A stretch of DNA of 64,000 nucleotides from Camelus ferus (GCF_009834535.1 NC_045696.1:50780001-50844000), one strand, 5' to 3'; shown: positions 13,526 through 28,020, counted from the stretch's first letter. Made by a program: numbers and translations. Notes: a model not told the origin generated them from the letters alone.

Positions 13526-13703
13526 CACAGAGTCAAGGTATCCCAGGTCCTCTTCCTTCTTGGCAGCATTTATTCTCATGTGTTCAGGTATCTTATAGTC
13601 TGGGGCCGTCTTCAGGTTGAAGTCCCCCATATACAGCTGGGCCTCTTTGATGGCTTGGACATGTTTGGGATCTTCATAGTCATCATCAGGTTTACTCTTG
13701 TAC
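13526..13703 (-). CDS. CFAP44: CFAP44 window exon 19 (178 nt; donor could be 3 nt earlier, giving boundary 13529)
   Basis: gatag|G TAC AAG…TCT GTG|gtgctt; [59 protein letters not shown]. The donor is weak. Confidence 0.85.
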
Positions 13704-14140
13704 CTATCAGAAAAATAGAAAACCCAGCCATAAATATAACAATAAACTCCAATTTGTCCAGTTTACTACAGGTAATCATATTCAATCATGAAGCAAAAGC
13801 AGAATTCTGAGTCTGTGATGCTACTTTTGTCTGTAGAGCCCAAGAATTTTAAGTTAATGACTATTTTTAAAGCAACTCAAGCAAAATAGTAAGTAATTAA
13901 ATAAATAAAAAACAATCACTAGATGGTGCTTAAATAATCTGAATCATTCGTAGGCTTTGGTTAACCTCTAAGTAATTTAGGTCAACATCATTATTTATTC
14001 CCTCACTAGAAATGAAGCCTTAAGTACAGATTTTTTTAAATCACTAAAAATTTAATTGAAATTTTTTTTTAACAATATAAGTGACTGTCATAAAATTTGT
14101 CCTAATATTTTCAAAAAAGTCATGTAATTCAAAATAGCAT

Positions 14141-14228
14141 GAGTGTTTGTGTGTATATATACATACATATACATATATACACACATACACACACATATAT
14201 ACATATATATGTATGTATATATATGTAC

Positions 14229-14262
<34 letters not shown>
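14141..14262. repeat. Compound (TA)/(CA)/(TG) microsatellite
   Basis: Directly visible alternating purine-pyrimidine tract ending in a (TG)n run. Confidence 0.95.
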
Positions 14263-14263
<1 letters not shown>

Positions 14264-14939
14264 CCTCCCTTCTTCTCTCCCTAAATTCCACGGAAATGAC
14301 AGTGTGGAGGTATTAAAGGGGACAAATCATTAGGAAAGCTGAGAATGGGACAGAAAGCCATGAGCAAACTAGTGACAGTGATACATTTCTAGAAGACAGA
14401 AAGAAACAATCATATTAATGGATAAACTAGACCAATGAAAACTCTAGTCCAGAATACCCCTCAGGAGAAGGCTATAAAAAGAACTGGATATAGTCTTCTT
14501 GGTAGAGTTCCTGGGAAGCTCCAAGCAAAGAGGGGGCAGGTATGGAGCAAGGAATGGAATGCTAGACATTATTTGGCAAAATTAATTAGAGGATTGAAAA
14601 GGAATGCCTGAACCAGTTGAGCCCTCCCAACTTCCCCATCTCCACATGTGAAAGGTATCTAGGGTATGGGTTGGCACCCCATTGCAGGGATCTTCACTGG
14701 CAGACCCCCAACCTACCTAATTCTTTAAAGTGAAGCCTGTCAGTCAACATGAGCACATAGCTTCAGTCAGCCCTTTAGGAAAAAGCAAACACACGTATAG
14801 CAGAAAAAACACATACCATCTAATGTATTAATTGACAATTGTTCATTTGTGTATAACAGCACTAAAGGAAAGATCAATATTTTTAAAGAAAGGAAAGGGA
14901 TGGAGAGGAAGGAAAGGAAAGAAAGAAAAGGAAGAAAGA

Positions 14940-17900
14940 CAGTACTTCTGCTCTGGCCATGTGAGAGAAACAATTATCCTCATGCTCCAAATACCCAGAA
15001 CTGAACAAAAATATAAGAAACAACTATGTTCTGACATTGAATAATAAGCAGACCAGGACTGTAATTCCTGAGAGCAGTGAGACAAAATAAGTAGTCCTTA
15101 TTATCGCCTGGTTTCTGCATAGAGGAAATTATCAGAATCTGGAGTAGGGTTGGGATTGCAAATATTAGTCAAGTGACCTCACTGAGGAGACAGAAACTGG
15201 AGTTCAGAGAGGCCAAAATGGTCAGAATTTTGTGGAAAAGACTGTAAGAGTTACACAAGGAAATATACATGGGGCTTTCTTGAGTTTCTGGTTGAATATT
15301 AGTCTGTACACTTGTAATGTGAAATACTATGAAGCTGGACAAAGAAAAACATCTGGGGAAAGTCAAACACTGGGAAGCTGTAAGACAAACAATTCTCATA
15401 GGTACACATGGCTGGGACTCACTCATCATCCCATGAGTTAAAGAGACCTTATCAAATGTAAAGGACATTTAGTAGAGTACCCCCAAAGAGTCATCCCTTC
15501 AAAGTAGGAGAAACAGAAGACTTAGAAAATATTATCAATCCCCTTGTCCTCACTGATATGTATAGAACACTATACACTAACAAGTCTTTTTTTTCTTTTT
15601 TTTTTTTTGCTTGGGGAAGTAATTAGGTTTATTTATTTTAAGAGGAGGTACTGGGGAATGAACCCAGGACATCGGGCATGCAAAGCATACACTCTACCAC
15701 TTGAGCTATACCCTTGCCCCCAGAACACTACACTCCAGAATGCAAGAATATATACTCTCTTTCAAGCATGCATTGAACTTTAACTAAAATGGACTGTATG
15801 CAGGCCTATATAATTTCCAATAAATTCAAAATAATTTAAATCACACAGACTATTTTCTGTGACCACAAAAATTAAATTAGAACTCAAACAGATATTTTTT
15901 AAAACCTCAAAATTTTGGAAACTAAACAGTGCACTTTAAAATAACCCACAAATCAAGGAAGAAATCACAAGGGGTATTAGAAAATATTTTGGACTATGTA
16001 ATAACAAAAATATATCAAAACTAGTGGAATGCAGCTCAGTGCTTAAGGGAAATTTAAAATAAGTATTTATATTAGAAAAGAAGAAAAGTATAAAATCAAA
16101 GCTTACACCTAAACTTAAACTTTAAGAAGAAAGAAAAGAGTTAATTAAGCCCAAAAAACTAAAATGAAGGAAATGGTATAGAACAGAAATCAATGACACA
16201 GAAATCAGACAAACAAAATTTTTTTAAAAACTATAACCAAAAGGTAGTGTCTTAAAAAGAAATTAATAAAATTAATAAACCTCTTGTTGGAATGATCAAG
16301 AGAGAAGATACAAATTAATATCAAAAATAAAAGAGGACAACACAACAGATAGTACAGAAATTAAAATAAGAAGAGAATAATATCCTACCCAGCAAAAGTG
16401 TCCTTCAGAATTGAAGGAGAGATAGAGTCCTCCAGACAAACAAAAGCTGAAGGACTAGGACAGCCTTACAAGCAATGTTAAAGCACTTCTTCAAACTGAA
16501 GTAAAAGGATGCTAATTATTAACGAGAAAATATATGAGAAGTATAAATCTCACTGATAAAGACAAATATATATGTAAATCCAAAATACACCAATGTTGTA
16601 AAGGTGGTGGATAAATCACTTATAAATCTGGCATAAGCTTGAAAGATAAATGTATTAAAAATAAAAACTGTAAATGCAATAATTTGTTAACAGATACACA
16701 AAGTAAAATGATGCAAATTGTGACATCAAAAACAAAGGGGGGGAGTAAAAATGTAGTTTTATTGTGTGTTCAAAGTTAAGTTGCTATCAGCTCAAAATAG
16801 ATTGTCAAAATGTATGTTTTATGTAAGTCTCATATAAACCACAAATAATCTATAATAGATACAAAAAATATAAAGAGAAGAAATTTAAGCATATCACTAT
16901 AGAAAATCATCAATCACAAATGAAGAGAACAAGAAAGGAAGAAAGGAATTATAAAACAATCAGAAAACAAATAAAATGCAACAGTAAGTCTATACTAATC
17001 ATTAACTACTTTCAATGTAAGTGGACTAAATTATTCAATCAAAAGACATAGAATGACTTAATAAAAATAAATAATTAAATGAATCAATGCATGAAAAGAA
17101 AGGAAGACCCAACTATATGTTGCCTACAAGAGACTCACTTCAGCTATAAGGACACACACACAGACTGAAAGTGAAAGGATGGGAAAAGATACTCTATGCA
17201 AATAGAAACCAAAGAATGCAGGGTAGCTGTACTGATATCAGACAAAATAGACTTTAAGCCTATTTTGAGACTATTTTAAGTCTGTAATAAAAGACAAAGA
17301 AGGTCATTATATAATGATAAAGGGGTCAAGCCAACAAGAGGATAACATTTGTAAATATTTATACACCCAATGTAGAAACACCTAAATATAGAAAACAAAA
17401 TGAACAGACCTGAAGGGAGAAACAAAGCAGCACTACAATAACAGTACTGAATTTTAATAACCCACTTGCAACAATGGATATGTCGTCCAGACAGAAAATC
17501 AGTAAGGTAACATCAGACTTAAATGACTCATTAGATATTTACAGACATTCCATTCAACAGCAGCAGAATACACATTCTTCTCAAATGCATATGGAATGTT
17601 TTCCAGGAGAGGTCATATATTAGGCCACAAAACAAGTCAATAAATTTAAGAACACTGAAATCATATCAAACATGCTTCCCAGCTACAGCAATATAATATT
17701 AGAAATCAATTACAAGGAGAAAACTGGAAAATTCACCATTATGTGGAGATTAAATAACATGCTACTGAACAACCAACTGAAGAAATCAAAAGAGAAATTT
17801 AAAAATATCTTGAGACAAATGAAAATAGGAAAATAACATACCACAGACTTACGGGATGCAGCAAAAGCAGTCCTAAGAGAGACGTTCACAGCAATAAATG

Positions 17901-19070
17901 CCTAAATCAAGAAACAAGAAAAATCCTGAACAACCTAACTTTACACCTCAAAGAACTAGGAAAAGAACACACAAATGAAGCTCAAAGTTAGTAGAAGGAA
18001 GGAAATAAAGACCAGAGCAGAACTAAATGACATACAGACTAAAAAGACAATAGAAAAGATGAAAGTAAGAGCTATTCTTTTTTAAAGATTAAAAAAAAAA
18101 AAAAAAAGACAGACCTTTAGCTATACTCACCAAGAAAAGAACTCAAAATCAGAAATCAAAGAGGAGACTTCACAACTGATAGCACAGAAATATAAAGGAT
18201 CATAAGAGACTATTAAGAACAATTTATACCAATAAATTGGACAACCTAGAAGAAATAGGTAAGTTCCTAAAAATATACAACCTACCCAGATTGAATCATG
18301 AAGAAACAGAAAGTATGAACAGACCAATTACTAGTAAGGACAGTAATCAAAAACTTCAAAACAAACAAAAGTCTAGGACAGATGGCTTCACTGGTGAATT
18401 CTATCAAAATTTAAAGAAGAATTAATACCAATCCTGCTCAAACTCCTCCAAAAAATAGAGTAAGAGAGAACACTTCCAAATTCATCAGCATCATCCTGAT
18501 ACCAAAACCAGACAAGGACACTACAAAAAGAGAAATTTTTAGCAAAAATTTAAAAAGGTAATACACCATGATCAAGTGAAATTTATCCTAGGAATACTGA
18601 TTTAATATTTGAAATCAATCACCATGACCCACAATGTTAAAGAATAAAAGAAAACAAGCATATGATCATCTCAGTATACTTCTAAAAGTCATTTGAGAAA
18701 ATTCAATACCCATCCTTGATAGAAAACACATTAAGAAAATCTTCTCCACAAACTAGGAATAAAAGGGAATTTCATCAGCCTGCTTAAGTGCTTCTAAAGG
18801 GCTGGTATCACATTGATAATAAAAGGCTGAATGTTTTCTCCTTAGACCGGGAATACAGAAAGAATGTTCACTCTCATCATTTTCATTCAACACTGTAGTG
18901 CATATCCTAGACAGCACAAGGAGTCAAGAAATAAAAGATATTGAGATTGGAATGGAAGAATCTGTCTTCACTCACATATAATCATTTTATAAACGACTGT
19001 AAAGAATCTGAAAAAAAAAAAAGCTAGTGTACCCAGTATCATTAAAGATAAAGATAAGAAAAATTAATTG
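14940..19070 (+). mobile_element. Mosaic of decayed LINE-1 fragments (5' region, endonuclease and RT regions; a second L1 segment at ~16380-18530)
   Basis: The ORF2 endonuclease-to-linker region occurs twice (~15500-16380 and ~16980-18530). The ORF track gives MDNLEEIGKFLKIYNLPRLNHEE. Boundaries are approximate. Confidence 0.75.
15587..15720 (-). mobile_element. tRNA-derived SINE (Vic-1-like) nested in L1
   Basis: Poly-T followed by the reverse complement of the SINE body. Flanks agaacactatacact / agaacactacact. Confidence 0.85.
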
Positions 19071-19074
19071 AGAA

Positions 19075-22000
19075 GAGTTCCACTTCTAGGAAGATGGAAT
19101 AGACCTACATTTTCCTATTTTTCCTGGCAAGTAGAAAATAAACAGCCTGGACACTAGCAAACATAAGAAGATTTTGAAAGGTGAAAAGAAGACGCAGACC
19201 ACAAAGAACCTTGGGACCTAAAGAGTATATGATGGTAAGTTCTCTGGGTTTTATTTTTGCCTCATATAGCCCAGACTTGGAGCTAACGAGTAACTCCGAA
19301 ACACCAACAGATTTAGACAACAAAAGCCCAACAAAATCCTGCTCTCTCTAGCTAAACTGTCAAGAAAACAACAGAATGGCAAGAGAGAAAACTTGTAGAC
19401 AATAAACTCTCTACTCCAGCCAAACACTATAGAAAAAAATGTGGCCCCACTTCCACCCATGCTAGCAAAGGCCAAGTGGGGAGTCTAAACTTCCACCATC
19501 ATCAGGCTTTCACAAGGTAACACAACCCTTACAGAGTGGTTTCAGAGGAGGCGGGTCCTGGGAACCAGGACTTTCATGTGTGCAACAAGCTTCCCTACCA
19601 CAGTGTCAGTGGAGATCCCAAAGGGAACCTGGACTTCGGATCCTGCCTAGCAATAACAAGGTGATCTATGATCTACCCCTGCTGGGGTAGTGTTTAAGGA
19701 GGCCTAGTGGAGAGCGATGATTTTCACCAGCCTCCACAGTATCAGTGGAGGCCAACTGGAAAGCAAAGTTGTATTAGTGGGAGCCTAGTGGAATCTGGAA
19801 CTCCAACTTCTGACCAGTAAGTAGCCCTTTCCTTCCTCAGATGTCAGCGGGAGTAGAATGGGTAACCTGGACTTCTGTACTCACAGTAAGATGTTACTCC
19901 TGCTTACCCTGCCGGAATCAGAGAACGCCAGCTAAAACAGAATGTATAAATAACATCCAGAGTCTCATAATACCCAAAATGTCCAGATTTCAATTAAAAA
20001 TAATTTGAAATACCAAGAATCAGGATGACCTCAGCCTCAATGAGAAAAGACAATTACCAGACACCAAATCCAAGATGAGAGAGATGTTAGAATAATCTGA
20101 CAAGGATTTTAAAGCAGCCATCATAAAGTTCTCATAGCTACTCTAACAGAATGGCTAGAGGAAGTTCTCTAAACAGAAATAAAACGATAGAAGAAGGAAC
20201 CTTGAAACATCAAAAAAGGAAGAAATTAAGATGTTAAAGGTAAAAATATGGGCAAATACACTTTACTTCTACTATTGTCTAAGTTATGTTTGATGATTTA
20301 AAAAAACTAATACTGATGTGTGGTTGTAAAAGATATGTGGAGGAAATATTTATACAATTATATTATAAACAGGGGAAACAAAGAGGAGTGGGTAAAGGGA
20401 CATAAAGGTAGGTGAAGTTTCTACAATTCACTCAAGCTGATAAAATGTCAACACAGTAAACTGATCAGTTGTGTATACATAATGTAATACTGAGAGCAAA
20501 TACTAAGCTACACAAAGTGATACATTCAAAAACATTAAGATTAGTCATATTGAAACTCTAAAATATTCAAGTAACCACAAGAAAGCAGGAAAAAGAAAAC
20601 AGAAAACTGAAAAATAGAGAACAGAAAACAAAATATAAAATAGCAGATATGAGGCCTGAACATCAATAATTACATTAAGTGTAAATGACCTGAATATACC
20701 CACTGAAGAGCTGAGATTGACAGAGTGGGTTAAAAAACATAACCCAACTATATGCTGTCAAAAACACAATAACTTCAAAGGCAGTGATATAAGTAGATTG
20801 AAATTAAAGAATGAAAAGTTATACCATCAATATTGGATGCTTTCCTCCTAAGATTAGGAACAAGTTGTGGATGCCAGCTCTCCCTATTCTATTTCAACAC
20901 CACAGTACTGGGAGTCCTAGCTAGTGCAAAAGGAAAAGAAAAGGGAATTCGAGGCAAACAGATTGGGTAAGAAGAAATAAAACTGTCTCTATTTACAGAT
21001 TACGTGATTGTCTACACAAAATCTCAAGGAATCTATCAAAATAATCTCAGAACTAATATGACAGTTCAGCAAGGTCACAAAACAGCAAATAAACATATAA
21101 AATACAATTTTATTTCTATGCCAGCATTGAACATGAACTTAAATACCAAAATTAAAAAACAATACATTTATGCTTGCCCCTAAAAGTGAAATATTTGTGT
21201 GTGATCTAACAAAATAGGTATAGGGCTTTTATATTGAAAAAAACAAAACACTGATGAAAGAAATCAAAGGAAATATAAATAAATGTAGAGTTATACTGTG
21301 TCCATGGATTAGAAGACAACATAATAAATTTGTCAATTCTCCCCCAAACTAACACATACATTTAACAGAACTTCTATCAGAATTTCAGCAAGTTTTCTTT
21401 TTTTTGGTAAATATATGATTTAACTGGAAAGGCAAAATAATTAGAATGGCTAAAACTATTTTGAAAAAGAAGAATGAGAGGATTTGAACTTAGAATTTGA
21501 ACTTTGATTTGATTTGAACTTAGAATTATCTAAGTTCAAGACTTATTACCTAGCTACAGTAATCGAGAAGGATGGTATTGGCCAAGGAATCGACACATAG
21601 ATTAATGGAACAAAAAGTAAACCTGGAAATAGACCCACACAAATATGCCTAAATAGTTTTGACAAAGGTCCAAAAGCAATTCAATGGAGGAAAGAGAGCC
21701 TTTTCAACAAATGATGCTAGAGCAATTAGACTTCTGTAGAGGAAAAAAAAAAAAAAACAACTAAATCTAAATCCCACATCTTATACAAAAGAACAGCAAA
21801 ACAGGCCACAGACTTAAATGTAAAATGTAAAACTTTAAAACCTTTAGGAAAAAAATAGGAGAAAATCTTTGGAATCTAGGGCTAGGCAGAGTTCTTAGAA
21901 CTGAAACCAAAACTAAGACTTATAGAAAGAAAAAAAATCAATAAATTGTCTTCAACATAATTAAAAACATTTGCTCCAAAAAAGATCTCGTTAAGGGAAT

Positions 22001-22200
22001 AAAAACATACAAGCTATAGACTGCGAGGAAATATTTGCAAACAATATATTCAACACAGTACTAATATCTAAAATAATAAAGAACTCTCAAAAGTCAACAG
22101 CACTAAAGTAAACAATGAATGTGGGCAAAAGACAGGAAGAGATATTTAACCAAAGTTATATAAGGGGAAAATAAACAAATGAAAAGATACGCTTGTTAAA
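19075..22200 (+). mobile_element. Old LINE-1 (L1MC-like) with two internal deletions; same family as 600-3372
   Basis: Homologous 5' UTR (cctgctctctctag, agcaaaggccaagtggg), ORF1 end, ORF2 remnants, and the same 3' terminus as 600-3372. Confidence 0.8.
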
Positions 22201-22538
22201 TGAAAGTACTGACCTAAAGGTGAAGGCCCAAACTGTAAGATGTTAGAAGAACATACAGGAGTAATAGCTTCTTAATGCTGGGAGAGAAAAGAATTTCCTA
22301 ATCCTTAAAAATCATCTGAGTTTATTAGTAAAATGAAATTCCTAGACTCAAAACTCAAAGGGTCATTGAAGTCCCACCACAGAATCACCACCCTGAAAAG
22401 ATCCACCTAGCCGGTCTTTAACATCTCTATTTCTTTTAGTTCATTATTTAAATTACAATGTCAATAAATATAAAGATTTTAAAAGATACCATGAGACTCT
22501 TTAAAACAAAAGACTAGGTTTAAAAAAAAGAAACTTAC

Positions 22539-22713
22539 AGTTCTTCCCATTCCTTTTTTCTCTGCTGAATCTTCAGTTGGGCCCTTTCAGCTTTTAGTAT
22601 AAGTTTCCTCGTTTTCTCAATTTGATTTTCCACCATAATTTCACTTAGGGTTTTAGGCCGAAATTTCTTCCCTTTTTCTATAATTGACTCTTCTGGCACA
22701 CTAGTACTCCCAC
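22539..22713 (-). CDS. CFAP44: CFAP44 window exon 18 (175 nt)
   Basis: tacag|GT GGG…GAA GAA CT|gtaagt; [57 protein letters not shown](L). Confidence 0.93.
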
Positions 22714-23182
22714 CTGTACAGAAAGTCAACATTTGTTTTCAATCTTTTTGAAACATCAAAATAAAGCTCTCAAATATTGTTTTTAACCTGCCACATTTTA
22801 AAAATCTAAGAATACAATGAATCTATAAGTCACAGTATATATTAAGCAACTACTATGAATTAAATCCCATGATACATATTTTAGAATACCAAAACAAAGA
22901 TATCTAAATCAATTTTTTCTCCTCAGGACCTTATTAAAAAGTTCACAAGATGAGATATATATTAAACAATTAGAGAACAAAGTAATGAATTAATGGACCA
23001 CTGACAGATATTAGGAAGCTGGGAAAGAGTGTGACATGAAGGTGGGGGAAGAGAAAAGCAAGTGAGTCTTATTTGACATGTGTAATTTGAGGTGACATAT
23101 ACCAACTGTACTGTTCTGTGGCCAATTAAAAAACTGGTAAGAAACACACAAATCTAGAACTTAAAAATTATTGGCTTTATCA

Positions 23183-24110
23183 CAGAAACATGAAAAGATG
23201 CTCAACATCACGAGTCAACAGAAAAATGCAAATCAAAACCACAATGAGCTATCACTTCACCTCCGTCAGAGCAGCTGCTATCAAAAAGATGACATGTATT
23301 AGTGAGGATGTGGAGAAAAGGGAACCTTTGTGCACTGTTCGTAGAAATGTAAACTGGTACAGCTACTACAGAAAACAGTATGGAGGTTCCTCAAAAAATT
23401 AAAAACAGAACTACCACATGATCCAGGAATTCCACTTCTGGGTATTTTTAAAACCAAAGGAAAAAACCTCACTAATTCAAAAAGATACATGTACCCCTAT
23501 GTTCACTGCAGCATTATTTACAATAGCCAAGATATGGAAGCAACCTAAGTGTCCATCAATAAACGAATGGATAAAGAAGATATAGTATATAGACATATGT
23601 CTATACACACACAGACACACACACAATAGAATGTTACTCCACCATAAAAAAGAAGGAAAGCTTGCCATTTCTGACAACATGGATGCATCTAGAGTATTAT
23701 GGTAAGATGAAATAAGTCAGACAGAGAAAGACAAATGGCGTATGATTTCACTTATGTATGGAATCTAAAAAACAAAACAAATGAACAAACATAACAAAAC
23801 AGAAACAGACTCATAGGTACAGAGGACAAACAGATGGCTGCCAAAGGGGAAGCGTTTGGAGAGATGAAAAAGGTGAGGGAGATTAAGAGGTACAAACTGC
23901 CAGTTACAAAATAAAGGATTCAGAGGGATGAAATGTACAGCATGGGGAACAGTCAGTAGTGTTGTAATAATTCTGTATGGTGACAAATGATAACTAGACT
24001 TGTGATGATCATTTTGTAATGTATAGAAATATCAAATCACTATGTTGTGTATCTGGAACTAACAGTGCTGTAGGTGAATTATACATCAATAAAAATTAAT
24101 TAATTAAAAT
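23183..24110 (+). mobile_element. 5'-truncated LINE-1 3' end
   Basis: ORF2 C-terminus (MQIKTTMSYHFT) and 3' UTR. TSD aaaattattggctttatca (23164-23182) / aaaataattggctttatca (24111-24129). Confidence 0.92.
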
Positions 24111-25119
24111 AAAATAATTGGCTTTATCAATTAATAAGTATCTACTGGGAAATTATTCTTTTTTATGTTCAAGCTACTAGAACATATAGATATACTTTAG
24201 ATATACATAAAAAATTAAATAATATAGATGATTATATAGTTATAAGCCACCATTTCCATTTATATTTCAACTATATGGTTCCACAGATAAGAAAGAATTT
24301 AATACGGGCCTGGGTGGCCACAGAAAGGCTTTATAATAAAAGTGTAATTAGATCTGGATCCCCAAGAACTGGTAGAATTCCGAGAGGAGAGGAGTGAATT
24401 GGTCACAGTTAGGAACATGGGTGTGGAAGTTTCAGGCATAATCAGGAAGCAGCAAGCAGGGCTGTAGGCTAACGTGCAGGTTGAGCAATATGAGAATACA
24501 CTATTGGAAACAGAAGACAGATACACTGTGGACAGATTAAATATGGGGATAATGGTTTCAGAATTTATCCTAGAGGCAGAAAGGAACCATTAAAGGTTTC
24601 TCAATCAAGAGAATGAACCAGTGTTAATGTCAGTCCTGCATCATGGGCACTAGCCTGGGTCTGGGAAGGCTGCAGTGCCCTTTATCCTTGACTGGGCTCT
24701 CCAAGCCACTCCCAGAATTCTTTTGTCTTCTTCCTACTCATCCGCAGTCACCCTGTGGGCAGTTACAAGAGGCAGGGCTGTAGAGATTAGAGGTACTACT
24801 TTCACATCTGTATCCTCAGCTCATCATTCTGTTTAAAGCATACACTCTTAGAAAATAGAGTGGAATCCATGTGGTGTTCTAGCCCTGCACTTTAGGGTGA
24901 GGCCCAGGAATCTGGGAACAAACACTGCCTAGAAAAACAAGCATCCGCGGAAATCCTAGATTTTGTAAAGCTGGATGTGGGAAGTCAGTCAGCAGCATCG
25001 GGTCTTCTTAGCCACTCAGTCACGTGCCCGGGATTCAAAGGTTCTGCTCACAAAAAGATAATTCAGTTTTGAAATCTGACTAAATATGGATTTAAAAGCT
25101 TTCTTGTCATTTAGCTTAC

Positions 25120-25316
25120 CGGTATCTTTCTGGCTTTCCTTTCTTCCAGTTCCCTCTTTTTCAAACCTCTCGAATTTGCTTGGTCTTCTCTCTGACTGAC
25201 TTGCCCGTTTGGATTTGGTGTATTTAGAGGGTTTCACAAGCCTATAGGAGGATATCTTGTGATCACTTTGTATGGCATGAACCACAATAGTATCACTTTC
25301 CAATGAATCACGAAAT
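25120..25316 (-). CDS. CFAP44: CFAP44 window exon 17 (197 nt)
   Basis: cccag|A TTT CGT…GAT ACC G|gtaagc; [32 protein letters not shown]…KESQKDT. Confidence 0.93.
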
Positions 25317-25959
25317 CTGGGGGGAAAAAAGTATCTGAAATAGTCACCACTTTAATCATTCTGCATGATTATGAAGTAATAAAATAAGACCTCAATATAC
25401 TATGCTGATAAATAATACCATTATATCATGCTGGATCCAAAATTTAACCATGCATATACCAATAAGGATGTGGCGGAAGTTGAATAGGACTTGGTTAAAG
25501 AGCAAGTAGAATTTTCTTTCTAATGAAAATACTGAACATCTCATTATTAACAGTATAATACCGTTATTTTGCTAATATGTAGAAGAGTCAAAATTTTTCA
25601 GGCAGACTGCAGTTTGATGGTAAATGGATCATATCAAACTCTGAGGAAATGTAATTCATCTTCCTATTATCTCATATATTTTACACATTTATAATATAAT
25701 GTATATCTCATATTAGTATATGATAGATAATAGCTGGGGAGATTATATATCCATATATCATGTATCTCATATTATCATATTTGTCTCTGTAAAAACCATT
25801 AAGCTCAGGAACCCATACTACTTTCCAGTTCGTCTTTCTCTTATGGCCCATAGAGATTTATCTTTTCAAAGTTCTTCATCAATTAAATTGTTGCTATCTT
25901 TTGGCACTGGTTCACAATTATTTCCTCATTTTTTAATTTTAGAATTTAATTTATTTATG

Positions 25960-28020
25960 TAGATAGCAATTATTCCTTTAAAATGCCTGTTATATCTAAA
26001 TTGATCTATAGACTCAATGTAATTCTAGTTAAAATCTTAACAGGATTTGTTGTGAAAATTGACAAATTGATCCTATGCAAAGGACCTAAGCAATATTGAA
26101 GATGAAGAACAAAGCCAGGGGATTTACATTTCAGATGACAAGAATATTCAAGGTAGTGTGACACTAGCACAAAAATAGATAGGCCACTGGAATAGAATGA
26201 AGGGTTCAGAAACAGACCTACATATATGTATATGTGGTTACCTGATTTTTGACAAACGCATCACTACAATCCAGTGAGGAAAGGATGGTATTTTCAGCGA
26301 ATGATAGTAGGTCAACTGATTAACCTTATAGAAACAAAGGACACGATCTCTATCTTATGCCACCCACAAAAGTTATCCAAGATAGATAATGGCAAAACAA
26401 TAGAGCTTCTAGAATAAAATGTAGGTGAATTATTTCATAAACTGGGAATAGGCCAAGATTCCTCAACTACAACTTAAGAGTATTAACCATAAAAGTTAGT
26501 GAAAATATTAATAAATTGAAAAGAAAAACATTGACAAATTGAACTTGATTAAAATTTAAAACTTCTGTTCAAAAAGACACTATAATGGGAATGAAAAGGC
26601 AAGCCACAGAGTAGAGCAAGCTATTTTACATGCATGCACCCATAGGTATGTCCATATACATATGCATCATGCATATGACAAAAGACTCATCCAGAATTTA
26701 TAACTCCTAGAACCCAATTTTTTTAATGAAAAAAAAGACTTGAACACCTAACAAAAGAGAATAGACAAATAAACATTAAGTGTTAGGAAAAGGGACTGGA
26801 AGTCACCCACCAGGGAGATGTCAATTGAAATCATACCCAGACACTACTACAGAATAGCTGAAGTTTCAAGAGCTGACAATGCCAAGTGATGGCAAGCATG
26901 AGTGTTATATTTTCAGTTGTGTCCCCCCACAGAAGATATGCTGAAGTCTTAACCCTCCCCGCAGACCTCAGAATATGACCTTATCTGGAAATAAGGTCTT
27001 GACAGAGATAATCAAGTTAAAATGAGATCATTAAGGTGGGCCCTAATCCAACATGATTGGTATCCTTATAAAAAGAGGGAATTTGAACATGCACAAGAGG
27101 AAGATTATATGAGGAGACACAGGGAGAACACCCCGTGAAGACAGAAGATTTGGAGTGACGTATCTACAAGCCAAGATACACCAAAGATCCCGGGCAAAAC
27201 CACCAGAAGCTCAGAGAAAGGCATAGAATGAATTCTCCCTCCCAGCTCTTAGAAGAAACCAATTTAGCCAGAACTTTGATTCTGGACTTCCAGCCTCCAG
27301 AATTATCAGACAATGAATGTCTATTATTGTAAGCCAGCTGGTCTGTGGGTATTTTGTACTAGGAAATGAATCCAATGGGAATCAGTTGGAACTCTCATAC
27401 ACTGATAATCAGAGTATCAATTGGTTGAGCCATTTTGGAAAACTCTTTGTCAGTGTCTAATAAAACTAAACATGTATAGAGCCAATGACCCGGCAGTTCC
27501 ACTCCTGCTTATAAAGCAAACAGAAATAAGTGCTTACATCCACCTAAAAACATGCACAAGAATGTTCATACTGGGATTCTTCATGGTAGCCAAAAAATAG
27601 AAACAAATCAAATATCCATCAGCAGTTAAATGGATTAATAAATTGTGGTTTAAAAAAATCATTTAATAGAATATTACAAAGCAATGAAAAACTATGAACT
27701 ACTGCTACCTGCATTAACATGGATAATCTTAGGCATGATACTAAGTAAAGAAGCCAGATACAAAAGAGCTCATACTGCAGCATTCCATTTATATGAAGTT
27801 TACAGAGAACACTAACCTATGGTGGTAAACATTCATCTTTGGAGAGTAAATATTTACTCAGAGAAACCCATGAGGGAACTTTCTAGTTGCTATAAATGTT
27901 CTTAATTTAGGTAGTGGGTATATGTGTTTATGCATCTGTAAAAAATGTTATCAAGGTATTCAATTAAGATTTATGCATTTTACTATATGTAAAGTATATC
28001 TCAAAAAGGCAAAAAGGAAA
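25960..28020 (+). mobile_element. Old LINE-1 3' region interrupted by an MLT1 LTR
   Basis: Decayed ORF2 C-terminal and 3' UTR motifs lie on both sides of 26903-27374. Confidence 0.75.
26903..27374 (+). mobile_element. MLT1-type (ERVL-MaLR) solo LTR
   Basis: TG…CA ends, typical motifs (gtgggccctaatcca, ggacttccagcctccagaa), TSD-like atgag / atggg. Confidence 0.85.

Noticed and set aside
19075..22200. Local segmental duplication of 600-3372
   Set aside because: The copies are highly diverged, carry different internal deletions and have unrelated flanks, so independent L1 insertions are more likely.
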